Part shown: positions 11,055 through 19,975 of the stretch, piece by piece | Numbering within the stretch: position 1 is the stretch's first letter | Layout: each line of letters begins with the position of its first letter | NCBI RefSeq assembly: GCF_000014265.1 | Contig: NC_008312.1 | Location: forward strand, 270,001-302,000 | Length of the DNA stretch: 32,000 nucleotides | Direction of reading: 5' to 3' | DNA from: Trichodesmium erythraeum IMS101 | Lineage (GTDB): Bacteria > Cyanobacteriota > Cyanobacteriia > Cyanobacteriales > Microcoleaceae | Notes under the pieces: model-generated | Database searches by the model: none | Told to the model about the DNA's origin: nothing | The model's input: the letters and a program-made list of their open reading frames with translations, nothing else | Program-made: the position numbers and the translations under genes

Positions 11055-11403
11055 TATAATCAATGAATAACTGAATACTATTAATAATTTCATAAACCTA
11101 ATTAATAGAGCTTTTTGACTGATAAAAGCCTAAATTTTATGATGAAAATATCAAGTTAATTTAGTATTAGAATTAATTAAGTCAAAATTAGAGATTTATA
11201 CTGACTATGGTAAATTATATATTTAAGTACGGTTCAGTTAGGATTTTTTTGTAGTTCTGTAATCTGAAAAAACTCGTCTAAGTACTTCAATACCATAATA
11301 GTTTTGGTCTGATCTGAACTAAATTTGGATTAATAATATTCTCGACCTTTAACCAGAAGTTAGAATAAAACCTAAAAACAAAAAAACTAAAATATAAATT
11401 AAT

Positions 11404-14049
11404 ATGAGTGTTAGAGTTCGTCTGGCCCCAAGTCCAACAGGAAACTTACATATAGGTACAGCCAGAACTGCTGTATTTAACTGGTTATTTGCACGAAATC
11501 AGAAGGGAAAATTTATCCTAAGAATAGAAGATACAGATCAAGAGCGATCACGTCCAGAGTATACAGACAATATTTTGGAGGGACTGAGCTGGCTAGGATT
11601 AGAATGGGATGAAGGACCATTCTATCAGTGCCAACGTTATGAACTATACCAGAAGGCAACTCAAAGTTTATTAGACAAAGGATTAGCTTATCGCTGCTAT
11701 TGTACAGCAGCAGAACTAGAGGAAATGCGGGAAGCTCAGAAAGCCAGAAAAGAAGCACCTCGCTACGATAACCGCCACCGAAACCTCACAGATCTGGAAA
11801 AAAAAGCTTTTGAAGCTGAAGGAAGGCAAGCAGTAATTCGCTTTAGAATAGATGATGATCAAATAATTACTTGGAATGATATGGTCCGCGGGAAAGTCAC
11901 CTGGAAGGGAAGCGACCTAGGTGGAGATATGGTTATTTCTCGTGCGGCAGGAGGAGATGAGGTAGGACAACCCCTTTATAATATGGCGGTGGTAGTAGAT
12001 GATATGGATATGGAAATTACCCATGTGATTCGAGGTGAAGACCATATTGCTAATACAGCTAAACAAATATTACTTTATGAAGCCTTAGGGGGGAAAATAC
12101 CGGAATTTGGCCATACACCTCTAATTCTCAATAAAGAAGGACGAAAATTGTCAAAACGAGATGGAGTAACTTCAATTTCTGATTTTCAAGAATTGGGTTT
12201 TACTCCTGAAGCACTGGCAAATTATATGTGTTTGCTGGGGTGGACGCCTCCAGATGCAACGGAAGAAATATTTACTTTAGCACAGGCAGGACAAAACTTT
12301 AGTTTTGAAAGGGTGAATAAAGCAGGAGCTAAGTTTGATTGGGATAAGTTGGATTGGATAAGTAGTCAATATTTACATAATCTACCAGTAAAACAACTGA
12401 CAGATAAATTAATTCCCATTTGGCAAAAAGCAGGATATGAATTGGATCCAGAGGGCGATCGCTCTTGGTTAGAACAACTAGTAACATTAATAAGACCAAG
12501 TTTGACTCGCCTCACAGATGCAGTGGAAATGAGTGAGTTATTCTTTTTTCCTACTGTAGAACTGAATGAAGATGCCAAAACGCAAATGCAGAATGAAGAT
12601 TCTGTTAAATCTATTAATTCTATTCTAGAAATAATAAATGCTGATGCACCTCTACTAGTAGCTGATGTAAAGCAAACTATTAAAAAGGTGACTCAGAAGG
12701 TTCATGTGAAGAAAGGCGTTGTTATGCGATCGCTAAGAGCATCCTTGACAGGTGCAATGCAAGGGCCAGATTTAATTGAGTCCTGGTTACTGCTGCATCA
12801 AAAGGGCTTTGATATATTACGCTTCAAAAAATCTATAGGTCAGGAAATTGAGGACACGAAGATTGAGGACACGAAGAAAGCAGAAACTACTCCTCACAAG
12901 AGTAAAGGTGAAGGTAATGTTTTGCTAAAAACAACAACTCCAAAATCTCCTGCTTTATCAAAAGAACAAACTCAGACAACAAAACCACCTAAAAAAGGAC
13001 AAACTGCAACTCCAGTGGCAACTACTCCTACCGCTACTGATGTAACTGAGAATACTTCAGTAGGGACTCAAGAAACACAGAGCCAAATTACAACTCCAGT
13101 GGCAACTACTCCTACTGCTACTGATGTAACTGAGAATACTTCAGTAGGGACTCAAGAAACACAGAGCCAAATTACAACTCCAGTGGCAACTACTCCTACT
13201 GCTACTGATGTAACTGAGAATACTTCAGTAGAGACTCAAGAAACACAGAGCCAAATTACAACTCCAGTGGCAACTACTCCTACTGCTACTGATGTAACTG
13301 AGAATACTTCAGTAGAGACTCAAGAAACACAGAGCCAAATTACAACTCCAGTGGCAACTACTCCTACTGCTACTGATGTAACTGAGAATACTTCAGTAGG
13401 GACTCAAGAAACACAGAGCCAAATTACAACTCCAGTGGCAACTACTCCTACTGCTACTGATGTAACTGAGAATACTTCAGTAGAGACTCAAGAAACACAG
13501 AGCCAAATTACAACTCCAGTGGCAACTACTTCCACTGCTACTGATGTAACTGAGAATACTTCAGTAGAGACTCAAGAAACACAGAGCCAAATTACAACTC
13601 CAGTGGCAACTACTCCTACTGCTACTGATGCAGAAACCAGAGAACAAAAAGTAGCTACTCAGGTTGAAACTTCCATTTTAGATGACCAAAAACCTGTAGA
13701 TACAGTAACCAACCAAACAGTAGAGGTTGAACAACCCAATAAGATTAAAGAGCAATTTATTAATATCTTTTTTAACTTTCCTGACTATATTAATCAATTA
13801 TATCAACAATACCAAGGTCAGCTTAAATTATTTGGTTGGTTAGCCTTAGTAATATTAACTTTTACGTTCATGGCTGTTGTTATAGAAGCTTTAGATGGAA
13901 TTCCTATTCTATCAATTATTTTTGAATTAATTGGCGTTATATATTTAGTCTGGTTTGTTTACCGTTATTTACTCAAGAGATCTAATCGACAAGAATTATT
14001 GGATAAAATTGAAAATATAAAAAGAGAAATTTTTGGTAAGCCATCTTAA
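11404..14049 (+). CDS. gltX: Glutamyl-tRNA synthetase with ~400-aa C-terminal extension (T/P/Q-rich repeat linker plus two-TM CAAD-type membrane anchor)
   Basis: Class I motifs HIGTART (HIGH) and KLSKR (KMSKS). The GluRS core covers about aa 1-480. Then come the [10 protein letters not shown] duplication, 7.4 copies of a 28-aa repeat, and two hydrophobic helices: [22 protein letters not shown] and [23 protein letters not shown]. Confidence 0.93.
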   Translation: MSVRVRLAPSPTGNLHIGTARTAVFNWLFARNQKGKFILRIEDTDQERSRPEYTDNILEGLSWLGLEWDEGPFYQCQRYELYQKATQSLLDKGLAYRCYCTAAELEEMREAQKARKEAPRYDNRHRNLTDLEKKAFEAEGRQAVIRFRIDDDQIITWNDMVRGKVTWKGSDLGGDMVISRAAGGDEVGQPLYNMAVVVDDMDMEITHVIRGEDHIANTAKQILLYEALGGKIPEFGHTPLILNKEGRKLSKRDGVTSISDFQELGFTPEALANYMCLLGWTPPDATEEIFTLAQAGQNFSFERVNKAGAKFDWDKLDWISSQYLHNLPVKQLTDKLIPIWQKAGYELDPEGDRSWLEQLVTLIRPSLTRLTDAVEMSELFFFPTVELNEDAKTQMQNEDSVKSINSILEIINADAPLLVADVKQTIKKVTQKVHVKKGVVMRSLRASLTGAMQGPDLIESWLLLHQKGFDILRFKKSIGQEIEDTKIEDTKKAETTPHKSKGEGNVLLKTTTPKSPALSKEQTQTTKPPKKGQTATPVATTPTATDVTENTSVGTQETQSQITTPVATTPTATDVTENTSVGTQETQSQITTPVATTPTATDVTENTSVETQETQSQITTPVATTPTATDVTENTSVETQETQSQITTPVATTPTATDVTENTSVGTQETQSQITTPVATTPTATDVTENTSVETQETQSQITTPVATTSTATDVTENTSVETQETQSQITTPVATTPTATDAETREQKVATQVETSILDDQKPVDTVTNQTVEVEQPNKIKEQFINIFFNFPDYINQLYQQYQGQLKLFGWLALVILTFTFMAVVIEALDGIPILSIIFELIGVIYLVWFVYRYLLKRSNRQELLDKIENIKREIFGKPS
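12847..12876 (+). repeat. 15-bp perfect tandem duplication (IEDTK x2) inside gltX
   Basis: attgaggacacgaag occurs at 12847-12861 and again at 12862-12876. Confidence 0.85.
13009..13630 (+). repeat. 84-bp in-frame tandem repeat array, 7 full units plus a 34-bp partial unit, inside gltX
   Basis: Unit: actccagtggcaactactcctactgctactgatgtaactgagaatacttcagtagRgactcaagaaacacagagccaaattaca ([18 protein letters not shown][G/E]TQETQSQIT). Units start at 13009, 13093, 13177, 13261, 13345, 13429, 13513 and 13597. The only variable sites are acc/act in unit 1, ggg/gag (pattern G,G,E,E,G,E,E) and cct to tcc in unit 7. Confidence 0.95.
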
Positions 14050-14157
14050 ATAAAAACTTGATGTACTAAAAAAAAGAAAGGGAAAATTAAAAATATTCAA
14101 GTGAAACAGCAAAATATGTGATTTATATTTTCCCCTATAACTTTTTTAACATTTTTT

Positions 14158-14673
14158 ATGAGAAAACAGCACTCTACAATGAATATAAATAAATACAAAA
14201 AAACGATATTATTTTTAGGAGTATTGTTTTCATCAGCAGGAATGCAGAAAATCACCCCAGTTTTATCCCAAAATTTACAATTGACACCTATATTTGAAGA
14301 TGTTAACTTGTATCCAAAGTCTACTCTAAACCGAATGATTATCAGAGGGTTAAGTGGAGGACCTATATCTGCAAAAGAAAAAACAGGTAGAGAAAATACT
14401 GTAACAGGACCATGTGTAGGTTTTATTGATAGAGAACCAGATCATAGATTAGTTTTAAATGGCTTTTTTAAATCTCTGAAACTTGAGGTTCAAAGTAGTG
14501 AAGATACAACTTTAGTTATTAGAGGTCCTGGAGGTAGTTGGTGTAATGATGACTTCGAGGGAAAAAATCCAGGAATTACAGGTCAATGGTTTTCAGGTAC
14601 TTATGACATTTGGATAGGTTCTTACCAAAGAAATAAATACTATCCTTATGTAATTAAAATTACTAAAGAATAA
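14158..14673 (+). CDS. Secreted conserved hypothetical protein
   Basis: Signal-like N-terminus (KKTILFLGVLFSSAG). Non-low-complexity C-terminal domain with two Cys (GPCVGFIDREPDH ... GGSWCNDDFEGKNPGI ... IWIGSY). Alternative ATG at 14179. Confidence 0.6.
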   Translation: MRKQHSTMNINKYKKTILFLGVLFSSAGMQKITPVLSQNLQLTPIFEDVNLYPKSTLNRMIIRGLSGGPISAKEKTGRENTVTGPCVGFIDREPDHRLVLNGFFKSLKLEVQSSEDTTLVIRGPGGSWCNDDFEGKNPGITGQWFSGTYDIWIGSYQRNKYYPYVIKITKE

Positions 14674-15080
14674 AGATAAGTAATAATCTTAAGTTAATTT
14701 AATTAAGTTTTTTTGTATGAATTATAAGTATTTATAGAAAATTTATTTGTATATATCGTACCATTCTTTTTTTTATTGGTATAACAGTTTGGTTTGTAGA
14801 TATTTTGTGCAGCTTGTTGTCAACTACAAGAATGGGATAAAATTGATTTTTCAAGTAACTTGAGTATAGCTATCAATATTTCTAGTAAATGTTTTTCCCA
14901 ATTTGACTTAATTTAAAAAAAGGGGCATTCAAACTAATATAACTGCCTCAACAAAATTAATTATATATTTTCCAGCAAAATTATCAATAACTTTACTCCT
15001 AGGATAAAATGATTTAGGATTACTATACCTTTAAGATGTATATTCCTGTCTTTCTAATAGTTTTAAATAAAATGTTTGAG

Positions 15081-15216
15081 ATAAGTAGGTAGGCATGAAA
15101 AAAACTTAGCTATATTAATATTTGTATACTGACTTCAAGCTCCTCTACAGAGTTAGTTTGAGGTTAATTTACATTTTGTTACATAGCAACCAATTTCAAC
15201 ACCGACTTACTTAACC
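15081..15216 (+). mobile_element. MITE-like dispersed repeat, copy A
   Basis: Aligns at about 80% identity to the reverse complement of 26553-26687. Identical blocks include aaaaaacttagctatattaa and aatttacattttgttacatagc. Begins with ataagtaggt. Flanked by tttgag at 15075-15080 and 15217-15222. Confidence 0.55.
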
Positions 15217-15359
15217 TTTGAGTTTACCAAAACTAATTTAATATTTAAAAATATTAAATAAAAATACAGCAAAAAACACAGAAAAATCATTGACCAATTA
15301 AGAGTATTTTGCTGATATAAAAGTAACCCTATTTGAATTGATTTTTGTAGGAGAAAAAA

Positions 15360-15476
15360 ATGTTTTGGAAGCTTGGAAGTAAGATTTTTACTTTAGCAAA
15401 TTCTGAAGCTGTTTCTAGCTTGTGTTTACTAGTAGTTACTGCTATTAGTTTGTATTTGGTGAAACGCAAACAATAG
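15360..15476 (+). CDS. Candidate 38-aa small membrane protein (MFWKLGSKIFTLANSEAVSSLCLLVVTAISLYLVKRKQ)
   Basis: GGAG at 15349-15352 lies 7 nt before the ATG. One hydrophobic helix followed by KRKQ. Possible promoter: TTGACC at 15290-15295, then 17 nt, then TGATAT/TATAAA. A strong hairpin sits 110 nt downstream. No homology evidence is available. Confidence 0.3.
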   Translation: MFWKLGSKIFTLANSEAVSSLCLLVVTAISLYLVKRKQ

Positions 15477-15586
15477 TCAAATATCTTATTAGATTAGTTT
15501 ACTATTATATCAGATTTGGTGATTAATTTTGTACAATCAATAGAATTAATATATTTAGCTTATTTCTTGCTCTACTCCCTCATACC

Positions 15587-15620
15587 AACTCCAGAAGTGT
15601 TTGTTACACTTTCTGGAGTT
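15587..15620. other. Strong 14-bp stem-loop in a spacer
   Basis: aactccagaagtgt-ttgtt-acactttctggagtt, with one bulged A. No adjacent U-tract on either strand. Confidence 0.5.
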
Positions 15621-15861
15621 ATATACCCGTCCCTAAACCCTCTAGTATAGTGGAAGAGTAGGGATGTTGCATAAAGGAGTCCCCACAAAATTTATAAAAT
15701 TAACACGCTTTTAGAGTACTAATTATTAAATAAAGTTATCGTGGAAGTGTTAATTACTTAATAATTGAACTGTCAGCCAACTTAAGCATTCTTTTTTCAC
15801 ACTTGATATAAAAGTATATTTCTTGGATGTTATACTCAACACAAATAACTCATCTTTAATT

Positions 15862-17871
15862 CTATTTCCATTCATTCCAAGAATTATTAAAAATAGAAGT
15901 TTCAGGAAAAGCTGTGTGATTCCCATTTTTATTTAAATCACCTTGTAATATTTCTAATTCCCATTCTTTAGAAGGCATATCATCAATTAATTCATAAGGA
16001 AAAATACCTCTTTCTAAAGCAAAATCAATTGTTGTACCAGCAGCAGCTCCAACAGACCATTCAAAAGAATGAACTCGATAGGCAGCAGCAGCAATATAAC
16101 TTGTTGCAATACTCTTTCCAGCTACTAATAAATTATTAATTCTTTGCGGGATCATTGCTCGTAAAGGTATTTGAAAAGGATAGGTAGCACCCTGACCTTT
16201 CCTAATGTCTTTTCGTTCAGAATTATTTGGTACTTCTGGCGGGCTTTTTGTCATGCAAGGATGAAAATCTATGGCATAATGACCAATTCCTACACTATCA
16301 GGAAAAACAGTTGCCCTTGCTCGTTGAGGGATTTTTTCTACTGAATTAATTTTTGAATTTTTAGGTACAAAACCACCAACTATTCCCCAAAGATAATTAA
16401 ACTCATCTGACCTTAAATTTTTTTGATAAAAATCATCCCGAAAATTCTTTTTAGCAATATCAACCTCCACCACTGTAAAACCTCTTGGATGAGTTTTTCC
16501 AACACGACCAATAATGCGTCGTCCTTCTCGAATATAAGGATATTTTGATAACCCATGGGCTGTTCCCATCGGTGTATCAAACCCACTCAATAAACGATAA
16601 TTTGGATATTTTTGCTTCACTCCTTCTCCTAACTGGGAGTCAGTAGTACCTTCAACTAACCAATAAAAATAACCAAGAGCATTTTCCTCACCTCGACGGA
16701 GGGCTTCAGTACGCAAGCCGCCCATCCAGCCTCCCGGTTGTAGTTGACCTGTAGCTTGTAGTTGCCCTCGACTGTAAATTAAATTATCATCCTTGTTTCC
16801 AGGGCGGTAGTCATTACCCCAAGTCCAATTTTGCATGGAAATATCACCGGGATAAATAGTTCGTTTTCTGTAGTTACCTGGTTGAGGTGCGTCTGGTTTC
16901 GTCGACCAAATTTGTCTATAGCTGAAAACTAGGTTGAAATTAGCTAATCTAGATAATTCATAACTATAGTAGGGGGAATACTGAGAATAAAATGGCGGTT
17001 TGACATGGGCTTGAGGTGTTTTAGTCGCCTCCATCGCAAAAGTGTAAGTGAAACCTTGAGTGCAGTAGGGGTCTGTGGTATCAATAGGAGATGAGGGGTT
17101 AACGTAGGTTTGGGGATCGATACCCAGACGGTAGGGAACATCTGCCAGAGCAATAACTTCTCCGGTTTCAGTTGCTTCAACAACGTACCAGTCTGCACCA
17201 CCTGTTTTTTCTGAAGATGGTTGAGGTACAAACTGAATTATAGTTTTATCAAATCTTGCTGAATTTTCGTAAAGGTAGGCATCTTCGATAATTTGAGATA
17301 GAGGTTCAATGTTTATGGGTGGGGTATCATCTGCTGGTTGATGTTGGATAGCGATCGCCTTATTAATTTGGTTCTGAGAAATGTCTAATTGTTTGATAAC
17401 AGTATTGGGAAACCATTTTAATGTACCGCCACCTTTTTTGGCAGCATTTTCTAACATCTGGAATAGGATAGCGTGACCATCGTAAGGCATAAAACAGGAA
17501 ACACTTACCCAACAGTTGCCAGGGTTTAATCTACCATATTTTTCTTTAATGCGTTCGCGTAACTCTAGATAACCACGGGGATAAAATAGAAGACTGCGTT
17601 GAGTTCCGCGTTCGTCAAGAGCAGAGGTGCCTTGAGAGGAAATTTGACCGCCTACCCAGTCAGTGATTTCAGTCATACAAACGGTGCGCCCTGCTAATAA
17701 TGCTTCATAGGCGGTTGCAGCTCCTGCTAACCCACCACCGATAACTAAAATTTCGCAGGTTTCTTCTTGATCTGGGGTAGAGGGTAGCGCGGCTAAAGTT
17801 GGTGTAATAGCTGGAGCCAGGGAAAATAAGCTGAGAATTAGGCTAGCTATTGGGTTGGTTTTTATTGGCAT
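15862..17871 (-). CDS. FAD-dependent oxidoreductase with N-terminal signal-like segment
   Basis: Rossmann dinucleotide motif ILVIGGGLAGAATAYEALLAGRTVCMTE immediately after a hydrophobic N-terminus. 669 aa; ATG at 17871. Confidence 0.8.
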   Translation of the reverse strand: MPIKTNPIASLILSLFSLAPAITPTLAALPSTPDQEETCEILVIGGGLAGAATAYEALLAGRTVCMTEITDWVGGQISSQGTSALDERGTQRSLLFYPRGYLELRERIKEKYGRLNPGNCWVSVSCFMPYDGHAILFQMLENAAKKGGGTLKWFPNTVIKQLDISQNQINKAIAIQHQPADDTPPINIEPLSQIIEDAYLYENSARFDKTIIQFVPQPSSEKTGGADWYVVEATETGEVIALADVPYRLGIDPQTYVNPSSPIDTTDPYCTQGFTYTFAMEATKTPQAHVKPPFYSQYSPYYSYELSRLANFNLVFSYRQIWSTKPDAPQPGNYRKRTIYPGDISMQNWTWGNDYRPGNKDDNLIYSRGQLQATGQLQPGGWMGGLRTEALRRGEENALGYFYWLVEGTTDSQLGEGVKQKYPNYRLLSGFDTPMGTAHGLSKYPYIREGRRIIGRVGKTHPRGFTVVEVDIAKKNFRDDFYQKNLRSDEFNYLWGIVGGFVPKNSKINSVEKIPQRARATVFPDSVGIGHYAIDFHPCMTKSPPEVPNNSERKDIRKGQGATYPFQIPLRAMIPQRINNLLVAGKSIATSYIAAAAYRVHSFEWSVGAAAGTTIDFALERGIFPYELIDDMPSKEWELEILQGDLNKNGNHTAFPETSIFNNSWNEWK

Positions 17872-18095
17872 AATTTACAGTTAAATATGAAAAGGCAAAA
17901 GTTCACTTATAGTAAATTGGTATAATATCTTGTTGTATTATCTTATTAACTTAGTATAGTACAAAATCCGGTTAAACAAAAGTACCTTTTTAAAATTTTT
18001 TTCTCAACATTTTGCATTCTTTCTTCCTTGTATCTGACTACCATACAATTTGTCAAACATCCGCCAGGTAAGTCACCTTACCCGACTCGCGCGCA

Positions 18096-18129
18096 AAACT
18101 GTGCGTGAGATTTTTACCTCACACGGCTT
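18096..18129 (-). ncRNA. Group II intron domain V
   Basis: AAGCCGTGTGAGGTAAAAATCTCACGCACAGTTT compares with the consensus GAGCCGTATGCGATGAAAGTCGCACGTACGGTTC. It has the AGC catalytic triad, the G-U pair, the 2-nt AC bulge and a 4-nt loop in the right places. One C-A mismatch and an AAAA (non-GNRA) loop suggest decay. Confidence 0.65.
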
Positions 18130-18165
18130 CTCTCTTAGAGATCATTTGTCATAGGTACATCCTTC

Positions 18166-18417
18166 TTATTCTAGTATTAACATATCATTTACCCATATAC
18201 ATCTCTCAGGTAGATCCTGTAATTTTGGTTTTTGATATGTTTTGCTATCTAAGACTGTTTTAGTGTCGTGTTTGTTTTTATATGTGTTGTCACCACCTTC
18301 AAACTTAGGTATTATGAGGTCTACCTCTATCAAGTCCGATGGTTTCAATATACTTCCACAGAATAGGATAACAAAGTCATCAGCATAAATGCCAGTAATA
18401 CTGGTTCGGTGTTTCAA
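18166..18417 (-). pseudogene. Fragment of group II intron reverse transcriptase (domain 5 YADD onward)
   Basis: The translation contains ITGIYADDFVILFCGS. The frame is closed by TAA TAG immediately upstream and the nominal start is a TTG. Upstream RT domains are not detectable in any frame. Confidence 0.5.
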
Positions 18418-19074
18418 GTCCTATTAATTAGCTACAATAAGAATGCTTTTCTCACATCAATTCCTCTCAATTTTTAATTTCCTAATTTTTTTTCACAGTA
18501 GATATTCTAAAGATACATGAGATTAAACGATCCTCGTTCTTGACAGGTTCAGTTCAGAAAATATTATCAAAAGTAATACTGCCCTTAACGGCTAGTCAAA
18601 ATAACCAGAGAAACAATATAGGTTGGTCAACAATGAAATTACCCTAATAAATAGTACTTAGATATATTAAATTTAAGTACAGCAAAATTTGTGATAATTG
18701 ATATAATAGGGTGTAGGAAAATTTTAAATGCTCAAAAGCTTACTCTGTAAGGTTTTTAGGATTGTAAGTAATGAAATAACCCTTAAACCTGAACTGATAA
18801 AGGTTTTAGGTGTTTTTTTTCTTAATTCCCAATAAATCTATTATATAGAAGCTTATGAATTTCTATATTGTTTTCCATTAGTTATGATTATAACTTAGGT
18901 ACCTACCTAAATTATACACTATTTTCATGGTTTACTACCCTTGACTCCTACTATATATGATGGTATATTTGTAACTACTGATTATAAATGTTCTGAAGAA
19001 AAAAATCGTAGTTTTTGGGTTAAAATAGGAGGAATAGCTATCATAAATTAATAAATATAATCAGGAGATCAATT

Positions 19075-19680
19075 ATGACTAATCAGTCAGTCATAGCCAA
19101 GGAAAAAAAGAAGCAGAAGTCAGAAATTAGACTAACGGTAAACCAAAAAAATTGGCTCATATCTGCTCATGTTATTTCTGGAGCAATTTGGTTTGGTACT
19201 GCCCTTTCGATATTAATTATTGTGGTTAGTAATTTTAATACTACTAACGGTGATCAACTTTACGGAATTAACTCTGTTGTAAAATTATTAGATGACTGGG
19301 TAGTTGTTCCAGCAGCTAATACTACTTTAATGACTGGAGCCTTACTTTGCTGGTTAACAGTTTGGGGTTTTTTTAAATTTTATTGGGTAATTACTAAGTG
19401 GATTATTACTAGTATATTAATAACCTTTGGAACATTTTGGTTAAGTCCTTGGACTAATGCTATGACTGATATTGCTGATCATGAAAGGTTAAAAGCATTA
19501 AGTAATCCTCTATTTATGTTTGATACTAAAGCTATAATTATTGGCGGAGCAATTCAAATTTTGAGCCTAGTTTTTATATTTATTATTTCTTTTTTGAAGC
19601 CTTGGGGCAGACAATATATTATACCCAAAAACAATATTAAAATTTCAGACAAACAGGACCAGGTATTAGGTGGTAAGTGA
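19075..19680 (+). CDS. Integral membrane protein, 4 predicted TM helices, unknown function
   Basis: AGGAGA lies 7 nt upstream of the ATG. Hydrophobic segments: WLISAHVISGAIWFGTALSILIIVV, LMTGALLCWLTVWGFF, WIITSILITFGTFWL and IIIGGAIQILSLVFIFIISFL. Confidence 0.7.
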   Translation: MTNQSVIAKEKKKQKSEIRLTVNQKNWLISAHVISGAIWFGTALSILIIVVSNFNTTNGDQLYGINSVVKLLDDWVVVPAANTTLMTGALLCWLTVWGFFKFYWVITKWIITSILITFGTFWLSPWTNAMTDIADHERLKALSNPLFMFDTKAIIIGGAIQILSLVFIFIISFLKPWGRQYIIPKNNIKISDKQDQVLGGK

Positions 19681-19975
19681 CGCAGTTTCAGACCAACTTT
19701 TTTTCATCTATAAACTCTACATTAACCTAGGATTTACCACCTATTATACCAAGGGCAAAAAAAAAGAACTTTACGAATAGTTTTAAACTTTAGTTTAGAT
19801 GTCAAATAATTTCCTGAGACTACTTAGGGAGTCAAAGTTTTGTTCAGAATAAATCTTATTTATTTATCCCCAAGGAGGTGGTTAACTTTTGACTTCCATG
19901 AAATGCCTATTAACATCCATGTTTCCTGTTAGTTCAGCATCTCGAAAGAAAAAACTCAAGCTTAGTAATAATAAA

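Larger units (their letters stand above)
18055..18417 (-). mobile_element. Group II intron 3' remnant (truncated RT ORF, domain V, putative domain VI)
   Basis: On the minus strand, an ORF fragment with the RT box YADDFVIL is followed 36 nt later by a 34-nt domain V look-alike and a GC-rich hairpin (GGTAAG-GTGA-CTTACC). No GUGCG 5' end is visible upstream up to 19070. The lower boundary is approximate. Confidence 0.6.

Noticed and set aside
10888-11070. 60-aa ORF on the plus strand
   Set aside because: It overlaps the entire tRNA-Asp gene. The neighbouring 10751-10939 and 9246-9434 minus ORFs are likewise low-complexity spacer ORFs with no start-site signals.
13009-13630. Regular 84-bp repeats could superficially suggest a CRISPR array
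   Set aside because: The units are directly adjacent with no spacers. They are in frame inside gltX and translate to a coherent 28-aa repeat.
18633-18800. Two ~33-nt segments (around 18620-18655 and 18757-18790) with roughly 75% similarity (aatgaaatWaccctWa core)
   Set aside because: The similarity is too short and weak to separate from chance in AT-rich DNA.
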